Shown in pieces: positions 23,109 through 31,018 of a stretch of 32,000 bases of DNA (its first letter is position 1; the number at the start of each line of letters is the position of its first letter). Made by a program: the position numbers and the translations under genes. The DNA comes from an uncultured archaeon. GTDB lineage: Archaea; Iainarchaeota; Iainarchaeia; Iainarchaeales; DATDZZ01. The notes beneath the pieces are model-generated. The model was not told where the DNA came from, did not search any database, and was given only the letters and a program-made list of their open reading frames with translations. The DNA lies in NCBI GenBank assembly GCA_964373795.1, contig CAYJVY010000010.1:1-32000 (forward strand), read 5' to 3'.

Positions 23109-24514
23109 AAATTTTTCGGGAAAACACAATGCAGAAGAATTTACTTATTAGTGGCGCATTAATAGCCTTGCTTATAATTGTTTTGTTTAACTCTTTGCAA
23201 CTTACAGCTTTGGCTTCTCTAGCCAATGAAAAGACTGCAATAGCAAAAGAAAATTCGAGGCCTGGAAAAATTCAGTTAATAGAGTTGATTGTGCCATGCA
23301 GTGATTGCATAGGCATTGATTCATTATTAGTTGATTTAAAAAAGCAAAACCTTGAAGTAGTTTCTGAAAAAAGGCTTGCCTCTAATTTGCCAGAGGCACA
23401 AAATTTAATAAAAGAATTTGGTTTAACCAGGCTTCCAGCACTAATTGTTTTTGGTGAAACAACCAAGCAAAATCAGGTTAAAAGTTTTTTTGAAAAAAAT
23501 GGTTTTAAATTGAATGATTTAAATCAAGCGGTTTTTGAAACAAAAAAAGTGCCTTATTTTGATTTGAAAAATAATTCTGTTAGAGGAAGAGTATCAGTGG
23601 TTTCTTTGACTGCAAAAGATTGCAGTAATTGTAGCTCTTTTGCAACGCTATTACCCTTGCTGAGAAACCGCGGAATAGTTTTTGATGAAGAAAAATTCTT
23701 GGAATTTAATTCAAGTGAAGGAAAAGACTTTGTTCAAAAACATGGCTTGCAGAAAGTTCCAGCAATTTTTTTGTCAGAGAACATTCAAGAATACCCTGAA
23801 GTTTTTAATGCATTAATTAATCAGCTTGGTTTCAAGCAAGGAAAAGGATATATTTTTCGTGAACCGCTTAGCGCGCCCTTTGTTGATGCTTTAAGTGGTG
23901 AAACAAAAGGATTAGTTAAAGCTATTTTTTTGGATGACTCTTCTTGCAATGATTGCTATGATGTGAATATGCATAAACAGATTTTTGACAGGTTTAAATT
24001 ATTTTTAAATGAAGAAGAAACAGTGGAAGTTTCTAGCGAGAAAGGGCAACAATTGATTAGTGATTACAATATTAGCAGAATTCCAACTGTGTTGCTTTCA
24101 CCAGAAGCAAAAGAGTATCAAGAACTTGTGAATGTTTGGAGAGCTGTTGGAACAATTGAAGAGAATGATTGGTTTGTTTTTAGAGAGCCTAGTGCGTTAT
24201 CTGGAGTTTATATTGATTTGAATTTGAATTTAATTGTTAATCCAATACTTGTTCTTGGAGCAGAGTTTGAATTTCAGCCAAGCACAATTTCAGTTAAAAA
24301 AGGACAACTTGTTAAAATTACCTTTGTAAATGTTGGGCAAGCAGAGCATGATTTTGTAATTAATGAATTAAATATTAAAACAAAATTATTGAAACCTCAG
24401 GAAAGTGAAACAATTGAATTCATTGCAGATAAAACCGGAGAGTTTTCTTTTTATTGTTCAGTGGAAGGCCATAAAGAACAGGGAATGAAAGGAACAATCA
24501 TTATTTCGAAATAA
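23102..24514 (+). CDS. Membrane-anchored protein with three thioredoxin-like CxxC repeats fused to a type-1 copper cupredoxin domain (module B, gene 3)
   Basis: The CxxC motifs are VPCSDCI, KDCSNCS and SSCNDCY, with LPALI, VPAIF and IPTVL. The C-terminal cupredoxin ligands are H (AEHDF) and C-x4-H-x4-M (YCSVEGHKEQGM). The start is the ATG at 23102 (overlapping the upstream stop) or 23129. Confidence 0.85.
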   Translation: MLKIFRENTMQKNLLISGALIALLIIVLFNSLQLTALASLANEKTAIAKENSRPGKIQLIELIVPCSDCIGIDSLLVDLKKQNLEVVSEKRLASNLPEAQNLIKEFGLTRLPALIVFGETTKQNQVKSFFEKNGFKLNDLNQAVFETKKVPYFDLKNNSVRGRVSVVSLTAKDCSNCSSFATLLPLLRNRGIVFDEEKFLEFNSSEGKDFVQKHGLQKVPAIFLSENIQEYPEVFNALINQLGFKQGKGYIFREPLSAPFVDALSGETKGLVKAIFLDDSSCNDCYDVNMHKQIFDRFKLFLNEEETVEVSSEKGQQLISDYNISRIPTVLLSPEAKEYQELVNVWRAVGTIEENDWFVFREPSALSGVYIDLNLNLIVNPILVLGAEFEFQPSTISVKKGQLVKITFVNVGQAEHDFVINELNIKTKLLKPQESETIEFIADKTGEFSFYCSVEGHKEQGMKGTIIISK

Positions 24515-24548
24515 CAGTTTTAATGAAAGAATGTATTAATTTGGTGAT

Positions 24549-25268
24549 TTGTTGGAAAAAGATAAGATTGTTCCAGCTATTTTTGGTTTTTTTTTAATAA
24601 TTTTAATCAGTTTGTCTGTGTTTTTTGCATTACCTATGGTTTTTCCAAACAAAAGTAATTCTTCTGTTACATTTTCTTTTGCTGTTCTAAATTCAGATAA
24701 TTTTTCTAAGAAGAATTTTACTGAATTTGATAGAAAGCTCGCTATCAAGTTAATGGATAAAGATGAAGATGGAAAATGTGATGCTTGCGGAATGAATGTA
24801 GAGTTGTGCATGGATTCTGGACAAATAGAGTGTAACATGGTTCCTGGTGCTAAATTTGGAGTGCTTGGCTCTGCACACATCCATGCAAATTTTAAAGTTT
24901 TTTTGAATGGAAAAGAATTTGATTTTGGTCAACAAAAATATGCTGTGAAAAGCAGGTTTATGCATGTAGAAAATGATGTTCCAGAAGAGTTTGGAAAACT
25001 CTTACACATTCATGCAACTGGCATGCCTTTGTGGCTGTTTTTTGAAAGCCTTGGAATGAAATTAAGCAAAGATTGTTTTGAATTGGATACTGGAGAAAAT
25101 TTTTGCAGTAATTCAGATAATTCATTAAATTTTTATGTTAATGGTCAACCAAGTAATGAGTTTCAAGACTATGTCCCAAAAGACAAGGACAAGATTCTGA
25201 TTAGTTTATATGGCAATGAAACAAATGACATAGGGAAACAATTAGAATCAATTACAAACTATTCTTAG
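24549..25268 (+). CDS. Membrane-anchored His/Cys-rich protein, unknown family (paralog of 25273..25779)
   Basis: TM anchor, Cys cluster KCDACGMNVELCMDSGQIEC, and His motifs SAHIHANFKVFLNG and LLHIHATG. The start is TTG. Confidence 0.7.
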   Translation: MLEKDKIVPAIFGFFLIILISLSVFFALPMVFPNKSNSSVTFSFAVLNSDNFSKKNFTEFDRKLAIKLMDKDEDGKCDACGMNVELCMDSGQIECNMVPGAKFGVLGSAHIHANFKVFLNGKEFDFGQQKYAVKSRFMHVENDVPEEFGKLLHIHATGMPLWLFFESLGMKLSKDCFELDTGENFCSNSDNSLNFYVNGQPSNEFQDYVPKDKDKILISLYGNETNDIGKQLESITNYS

Positions 25269-25272
25269 GGAA

Positions 25273-25779
25273 ATGATTTTTATGAATTGGACAAATTTTT
25301 TTCTACTTTTTGCCATTGCTTTTTTGGTTTTTTTTGTTGGATGTGTTTCTGAGCAAAACAGCTTTGACTATCAAGAAGTTCCAAAAGAATTTGTTGTCCC
25401 AAAAAACTCAATCCACTGGCATCCCAAACTACAAATAAAAGTAAACAACCAGCTTCAACAAATCCCAACAGGTATTGGAATAAGCATAGGCAAAATGATT
25501 GATTTTGATGTAAGTGGAATGAATATGTCTCCAATTCACACACATGAAGGCAATGGCACAATCCACATAGAAAACCAAAAGCCATGGCTAAAACCAGGAA
25601 CTCTAACACTAGGATACTTTTTTCATGTATGGAGCAAAAAATTTAGCAGTGAATGCATTTTTGACTACTGTAATAATGAAAAATCTAAAGTAAAAATGTT
25701 TGTCAATGGAAAAGAAAATCAAGAATTCGAAAAATATGTAATGCAGGACAAGGATGACATCTTGATTGTTTATGAATAA
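25273..25779 (+). CDS. Lipoprotein-like His-rich protein, unknown family (paralog of 24549..25268)
   Basis: The signal has the lipobox F-V-G-C. Motifs are IHWHPKLQIKVNN, SPIHTHEGNGTIHIEN, LGYFFHVW and a shared C-terminal VNG..N.EF..YV..D.D.ILI. Confidence 0.7.
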   Translation: MIFMNWTNFFLLFAIAFLVFFVGCVSEQNSFDYQEVPKEFVVPKNSIHWHPKLQIKVNNQLQQIPTGIGISIGKMIDFDVSGMNMSPIHTHEGNGTIHIENQKPWLKPGTLTLGYFFHVWSKKFSSECIFDYCNNEKSKVKMFVNGKENQEFEKYVMQDKDDILIVYE

Positions 25780-26203
25780 AAAAGAAATAAAACCTGAGAA
25801 CAAGTTTAGTTTTTTAAGTAGTTTTTCTGGCGGGGCAAGCATTCTAAGCTCTTATCAAGTGTGTCATAATGTGTGCATGGGTTTAATTGGTTTGCTTTCA
25901 TTAATTGGAATTACACTTGTTGGAATGCCTTTGGCTTTTTTGTTACCATATACTGTGCCTTTTTGGGTTATTGGTACTGCTTTACTTGTAATTACTTTTT
26001 TTATTTACTTTAAAAAACCTAAATGTATGTCGAGAAATTTGCTGATATTTAATACAGGAATAATTATTGCTGCAATTCCTTTTAAGGAAGTTCAAGAATT
26101 CCAACCATTTTTTTGGGTAAGTGGAGGAATAATTATATTAATTGCAGTTTACAATTTTTTAAATAAAAAAATTTTGAAAAAGTTTATAAATAAAAACATC
26201 TAA
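25772..26203 (+). CDS. Polytopic membrane protein with a CHNVC motif
   Basis: The ATG at 25772 overlaps the upstream stop. It has four hydrophobic helices and a SYQVCHNVCMGL motif at the first helix. Confidence 0.6.
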   Translation: MNKKEIKPENKFSFLSSFSGGASILSSYQVCHNVCMGLIGLLSLIGITLVGMPLAFLLPYTVPFWVIGTALLVITFFIYFKKPKCMSRNLLIFNTGIIIAAIPFKEVQEFQPFFWVSGGIIILIAVYNFLNKKILKKFINKNI

Positions 26204-26232
26204 AGAGTGTAATTGTTGTAAAAGGTTGTTGT

Positions 26233-26286
26233 ATGACTAAAGTTATTTTTAGTGTTGAGGGAATGCACTGTAATGCTTGTGTTTAA
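26233..26286 (+). pseudogene. Truncated heavy-metal-associated (HMA/CopZ-like) domain remnant
   Basis: MTKVIFSVEGMHCNACV* carries the canonical GMxCxxC metal-binding loop but stops after 17 codons. An intact HMA domain is about 65-70 aa. Confidence 0.55.
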
Positions 26287-26334
26287 GGAATGGAATTTTT
26301 GTTAAAATTAAAAAAAGGATAAAAAATATAAAAG

Positions 26335-26898
26335 GTGGTACAATTGGATGAATTTAAATGTGAAGTTTGTGAAAGAATTTTTAAATATGAAGATGGTTTG
26401 GAATTGCATAAACAAGCAAAACACTCAAAACCAGAAAAAAAAGAACCGTTAATTAAAATTTCAAGTGGACAAAAAAAGAAATTTATAAAAACTGCAATAG
26501 CTTTAGTTGTTTTAATTGCTGTAATTGGTTTTGTTTATTATATTATTACCATTCCGAAGGTGGTATTGCCACCAATTACTATACAAGGACATATTGAACA
26601 AAAGCCTTCAAGTCATATTTTAAAAGAACCAATGGAATTAAGAGTGCAAAAGCATATGTTAGAACATGCAGATGGAACTGGGCCTCCAGGAATAATAATA
26701 AATTATAATTGTGAAGATTTTAACTGTGAACCGGATTTAATTTTAAATCTTGAAAAATTTGCAAAAAAGTATCCAGTAAATGTATATGTTGCGCCTTTTA
26801 ATGGAATGACTGAAAAAATAGTGTTAACAAAATTTCAAAAACTGCAAAAATTAGATAATTATGATGAAAAATTAATTGAAAATTTCATAAAAAATTAA
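26335..26898 (+). CDS. C2H2 zinc finger, TM helix and DUF3105-like extracytoplasmic domain (tentative)
   Basis: FKCEVCERIFKYEDGLELHKQAKH fits C-x2-C-x12-H-x4-H. The TM helix is AIALVVLIAVIGFVYYIITI. The external domain has KHMLEHADG...GIIINYNCEDFNC...KIVLTKF. The start is GTG. Confidence 0.6.
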   Translation: MVQLDEFKCEVCERIFKYEDGLELHKQAKHSKPEKKEPLIKISSGQKKKFIKTAIALVVLIAVIGFVYYIITIPKVVLPPITIQGHIEQKPSSHILKEPMELRVQKHMLEHADGTGPPGIIINYNCEDFNCEPDLILNLEKFAKKYPVNVYVAPFNGMTEKIVLTKFQKLQKLDNYDEKLIENFIKN

Positions 26899-27036
26899 TA
26901 ACTGTTATAATCCAGCAAAGAAAATAATTAATTTAGAAATTATATTTTAAGAGATACTAACAAAATCAGTTTGTTTTTGAATAATGTTTTTTCCTAAAAT
27001 TTTTATCTTTAATAAATTATATTGGAGTTTTTATAA

Positions 27037-27462
27037 ATGGAAATTTTTCAATCTATTATCAAAAATTTTAGGATCCCTGGATTTTTGGCAAAATTTGTAA
27101 TTTATAGTATAGGGCTTTTTATAATATTGGGAATTCCCACAGCTCTTTTTCCTAATCCAATAATTCCATATACTAGAATGATTCCTTCAAATATTTTAGA
27201 TTATGTTTTTTTATTCACTACAAGTGTTTTAGCAGGTTTTTACTTTGCATTGCCTAAAAGCAATGCATGCAATCCAAATAAAAGCGCTTTCGGTGGAGGA
27301 ATTTTTGGATTCCTTGCTTTTGCTTGTCCGACATGTATTCAGTTATTAGTGTTACTTTTTGGTTATGCGTTTTTGTTCAATATTTTAAATCCTTTAAGGC
27401 CGATTATTGGATTACTTTCAATTGGATTTTTGTTATTCGCAATTAGCAAAAAAATTCTTTAA
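27037..27462 (+). CDS. Polytopic membrane protein with an intramembrane CPTC motif (paralog of the membrane domain of 21395..22840)
   Basis: GGGIFGFLAFACPTCIQLLVLLFG aligns with SLAGFLAAICPVCQSVSLAAFG. An upstream RM...DY.(F/Y)L motif is also shared. Confidence 0.7.
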   Translation: MEIFQSIIKNFRIPGFLAKFVIYSIGLFIILGIPTALFPNPIIPYTRMIPSNILDYVFLFTTSVLAGFYFALPKSNACNPNKSAFGGGIFGFLAFACPTCIQLLVLLFGYAFLFNILNPLRPIIGLLSIGFLLFAISKKIL

Positions 27463-27498
27463 GGGTTTATGTTCTATATTAAATTAAGAGGTTAAAAA

Positions 27499-27821
27499 AT
27501 AAAGTTTGGAATTATAATTGGAACAATTGAACCTGAAGTGGTCTGGAATGTATTTAGATTTTGAGTTACATCATTAAAAGCAAATAATGAATAAAAATTT
27601 TTCTAATAAACAAAGGAGTTGAAATAGAAAGTATTCGAGATGAAAAATATAGTGTAAAAGAACAAATTGATTTATTCATTGAAAACAAAGGACAAATACT
27701 AGCTTGCGGAACATGTCTAAAGTCACGCAACAAAGAAGGAAGCAATATCTGCCCAATCTCAACAATGAAGGACTTGCTTAAATTAGTTGAAGAATCAGAC
27801 AGAATTCTAACATTTGATTGA
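27499..27821 (+). pseudogene. Disrupted DsrE-like gene (paralog of 18653..18973)
   Basis: It reads (ATA)KFGIIIGTIEPEVVWNVFRF*VTSLKANNE, then a shifted frame IKIFLINKGVEIES...ILACGTCLKSRNKEGSNICPISTMKDLLKLVEESDRILTFD*. The lesions are ATG to ATA at 27499, an in-frame TGA at 27562, and a 1-nt deletion creating TAA at 27592. The 47-nt stretch 27762-27808 is identical to 18917-18963. Confidence 0.8.
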
Positions 27822-28425
27822 AATACTATATACAAATAGTTTTGAAAAACTTATTTCTTTTTTTGTTTTCTTTGTTTTGCCAACTTAATTAGTTTTTTGA
27901 TTTTTGATTCTTTGCTTTTTTTAGAGGATTTTCTGCCTTTATTTTTTACAGGCTTTTTGCTTTTTGCAGATTTTTTAGATTTTTTTACTGGTTTTTTCTT
28001 TTTTGGCATAAAATCACTTTTTATTAAAATTGTATCAGGACTCGGTGAAAAAGTGCCTCAAACAATTACTAAATCAATCTTAACCCTTTAGCTTGTTTTA
28101 AAGGTTATCTTTTTCGCTTTATGGCAAAGCATAATAAGCGCAGATTTCATGTGAAGAGTTATAGTCCTGTCTTCACATCAATGGCTGAACACTTAACATA
28201 GGCTACCATTAATAGCACTCTTTTCAGAGCAACCGAATAATCCTACAATGTTTGCATTTTCAATACAAACGATTAATATTGTACTTTTGTTTTTAATAAA
28301 TTTTTTTACATTGAAAAATAAACTAATAATTGAAAACTATTTAGTTTTTCAAACTAAATCTTTTAAATAAATCGAATATGATTTAAAGTGTTGTATGCAA
28401 ATCATGAAATAAGTTGAGGGAAAGG

Positions 28426-29271
28426 ATGTCTAAAATTCATTTTAATCTTTTTATTGTTGGTGGAGTTTTAACATTTGCCTCAATTTTTGCGGCAATTCAG
28501 TTAAAATTTTCGTATTGGTATTTACCTTTTCTTGTTGGAAGCTGGTTTTTTTTTGACTTTATTGATTTTAAATATAGAAAAACTTCAATTCTTTCAAAAT
28601 TATTGCAAGGCAATTTGGAAAAAGTTTTAATTGTTTACCTTATGTGGGCATTAATGGGTTTATTCTTAGATGTTTTTTTTGGCATTATACTTGGAGAATT
28701 ATGGTTTTATCCTAGCCACAATAGAGGGATTCATTTTCTATACCCTCCATTATTAATTTATCCTTTAGGTGCTTTTTCAGTATATGAATTGTATTATGGT
28801 GTTCGAGGTTTTGTTGGAAAAAAATTTAAGGAATTAAAAATTATTGAAACAAAAGGAAAAGAATTAATTGCTAAACTTCAGTTATTGATTGCGTTGATTT
28901 CTGGAATAATTCCCTTTGTTTTTCTTCTTTTAGGCCAAACTGGTTTTATCAAGGAATTGTTGGTTGTGTTAATGGTTTTAAACATTTTCGCTTTTGATGC
29001 ACTGCAATATATTTTATCAAAAAAGTCAATTTTGTTTAATTTAATTAATTTAAATAAATTGGAAATAATTACTTTGGCTATTTCACTTTTTTTAAGTGTC
29101 TTGTTGCATGAATTTCCAAATGTTTTTGCAAAAGAGTGGGTTTATCAAAATATTCCTTTTGTTTCAGTTGAATTGTTTGGAATTCCATTGATAGTTGCAA
29201 CAATTGGCTGGCTTTTTTTAATAGTGAATGTAGTTGGCAGTGGAAATGCAATTCTTTTTTCTAAAAAGTAG
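28426..29271 (+). CDS. Polytopic membrane protein, function unknown
   Basis: About 8 hydrophobic helices. The ATG at 28426 follows gagggaaagg. The ORF opens at TTG 28414. Confidence 0.65.
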   Translation: MSKIHFNLFIVGGVLTFASIFAAIQLKFSYWYLPFLVGSWFFFDFIDFKYRKTSILSKLLQGNLEKVLIVYLMWALMGLFLDVFFGIILGELWFYPSHNRGIHFLYPPLLIYPLGAFSVYELYYGVRGFVGKKFKELKIIETKGKELIAKLQLLIALISGIIPFVFLLLGQTGFIKELLVVLMVLNIFAFDALQYILSKKSILFNLINLNKLEIITLAISLFLSVLLHEFPNVFAKEWVYQNIPFVSVELFGIPLIVATIGWLFLIVNVVGSGNAILFSKK

Positions 29272-29272
29272 T

Positions 29273-30490
29273 TCAGCCAATTAGAATTTCTTTTAATGTG
29301 TTAAATGAAAACAAGTTTTTTGTGGGCGTTTCTGAAAGCAAGCTATGTGAAATTAGTTTTGATATTTGTTTGTTTTTAGAAGCATTTTTTATTGCCAAAT
29401 TAAGTATGAATTTGTTTGTTAAAATTTTTTGAATTTTTAAATCAGTTGAAAGTTCTTGCCATATTGCCTCATAAAGAAGATTTTCGTATTCTTTTAATTT
29501 ATTTTCACTGAAATTATTTTCTTTAATAGATTGTAATAAAACTTGGGAAGCAACTTTCCCGCTCAAAAGTGCATTTCCAATTCCTTCCCCTGTAAAGGGA
29601 TCTATTAAACCAGCTGCATCCCCTACAAATAATACTCTGTCAAAAGAAATTTTTCTTTTTTTTAATCCACCTAATGGAAGAGTCCAGCCTTTTATTTCTG
29701 AAATCATTTTAGCGTTTTTAAACCTGTCTTTAAAATGCGGATTTTGAAGTATTTTGAATAAAATATCTTTTAGGTTTTTTTTATCAGAATATTTTAAGTG
29801 GATTCCTAATCCGACATTTGCAGTTGTATTAGATATAGGAAAAATCCAAAAATAACCTGGAATTAGTTCATTAACAAAATGAATTTCAAGTCTATTGCTT
29901 AAACCATTTACATTTTCAAAATATGCTCTTAATGCAATTGCTTCTGAATCTGTAAAATCAATTCCTAATTGTTTACTGGCAAAACAAGTAGAGCCGTTTG
30001 CGAACACAATTGATTTTGTATTAAAAGTTACATGTTTATGGGTTTTAATATTTTTTGCTGAAACTAGAATAGAATCACTTTTTACTTCAAAATTTTTTAC
30101 TTCAATTCCTTCCAAAACCTTTGCAACTTGTTTTGCTTTTTCAAATAAAATATTGTCAAAATTTTTTCTTTTTATGACAATTCCGCAGGTTTTTTTATTT
30201 TCCGCGTCAATTGAAACATTTAATCCATTAGGCGAAGAAAATAACACTCCTTTTATTTTTTCATGTTCGAATTTTTCTATTTCTTCAATTAAATCCATTT
30301 CTCTCAATAAAGAAATGGATTTTCCGCTTAAGCCATCTCCACATGGCTTATCTCTAGGAAAAAATTCTTTGTCAACTAACAATACTTTTGCATTTGATTC
30401 TCTCAAAAAAATTACAGTAGAACTTCCAGCAGGTCCTGCCCCAACTACTAAAACATCAAAAATTTCTTCCAATTTTTCGCCTTTTAACAA
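29273..30490 (-). CDS. Geranylgeranyl reductase-family FAD-dependent oxidoreductase
   Basis: DVLVVGAGPAGSS (Rossmann GxGxxG), FPRDKPCGDGLS and LFVGDAAGLIDPFTGEGIGNAL. Confidence 0.85.
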   Translation of the reverse strand: MLKGEKLEEIFDVLVVGAGPAGSSTVIFLRESNAKVLLVDKEFFPRDKPCGDGLSGKSISLLREMDLIEEIEKFEHEKIKGVLFSSPNGLNVSIDAENKKTCGIVIKRKNFDNILFEKAKQVAKVLEGIEVKNFEVKSDSILVSAKNIKTHKHVTFNTKSIVFANGSTCFASKQLGIDFTDSEAIALRAYFENVNGLSNRLEIHFVNELIPGYFWIFPISNTTANVGLGIHLKYSDKKNLKDILFKILQNPHFKDRFKNAKMISEIKGWTLPLGGLKKRKISFDRVLFVGDAAGLIDPFTGEGIGNALLSGKVASQVLLQSIKENNFSENKLKEYENLLYEAIWQELSTDLKIQKILTNKFILNLAIKNASKNKQISKLISHSLLSETPTKNLFSFNTLKEILIG

Positions 30491-30537
30491 ATTTATAATA
30501 ATTAGTCTTATAAGGGGAAACTATTAAAGTTTATTTT

Positions 30538-30954
30538 TTAATGTTTTTTGAATGTTTTGGCACAGTATTTACAACAAAAATTTGTTTTCCTTCCCTTAAT
30601 TTTTTTTGTATAGCGACTTTCAAAAACTTTACAACCGCAATGGACACAAACAGTCAATCTTGGAGAAATACTTAATTCAATTAACTCTCCAAATCTCGAC
30701 AGAATTTTTTTAATAAACTTTTCTCCTTCTAAAGTTAATGAATAAACTTTTTTCTCTCTTTGCTTTTTTTCTTTTGAAACAATTAATTTATTTTTTTCAA
30801 GCAATGCAAGAAAAGGATATATTTGCCCCGGGGAAACTTTTTTCTCTGATTTTTCTGAAACTTTTTTAATTAATTCATATCCGTGCATAGATTTTGAGTT
30901 TAACAGCATTAGAGCATAAAATTTAGTTAAATTGTCTATTTTTATTTTATCCAT
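30538..30954 (-). CDS. PadR-family wHTH regulator fused to a C-terminal TRASH-like Cys module
   Basis: MHGYELIKKV...SPGQIYPFLALLEKNKLI...KVYSLTLEGEKF, followed by CVHCGCKVFESRYTKKIKGRKTNFCCKYCAKTF. Confidence 0.8.
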   Translation of the reverse strand: MDKIKIDNLTKFYALMLLNSKSMHGYELIKKVSEKSEKKVSPGQIYPFLALLEKNKLIVSKEKKQREKKVYSLTLEGEKFIKKILSRFGELIELSISPRLTVCVHCGCKVFESRYTKKIKGRKTNFCCKYCAKTFKKH

Positions 30955-30995
30955 ATCATATTTTGATGCGAAAAGGTTTAAAAGAAGTTACATTT

Positions 30996-31018
30996 TATGA
31001 TATATCATATTATGATAT
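30996..31018. promoter_or_regulatory. Overlapping palindromes built from TATGAT/ATCATA half-sites upstream of padR
   Basis: tatgatatatcata (30996-31009) is a perfect 14-bp palindrome. atcata-t-tatgat lies at 31005-31017. A further atatcata (30953-30960) lies at the padR start codon. A TATA-like ggtttaaaa (30974-30982) lies in between. Confidence 0.5.

Noticed and set aside
27562-27564. The in-frame TGA aligns with a Gly codon of the intact DsrE copy, which raised the possibility of genetic code 25 (UGA = Gly).
   Set aside because: Many long, well-conserved ORFs in the window terminate at TGA (for example 6520-7077, 14275-15057 and 22878-23108), and none needs TGA read-through. The same locus also has a lost start codon and a frameshift, so ordinary pseudogenisation explains it.
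27851-28091. The track ORF 27897-28091 (+, Phe-rich) and the complementary 52-codon Lys-rich ORF (28009 to 27851 on the minus strand, MPKKKKPVKKSKKSAKSKKP...).
   Set aside because: The region is a T-rich (+) / A-rich (-) low-complexity tract, where stop codons are rare by composition. The + ORF is an implausible protein. The minus ORF could be a small basic protein, but it has no SD or recognisable motif, so neither is called.
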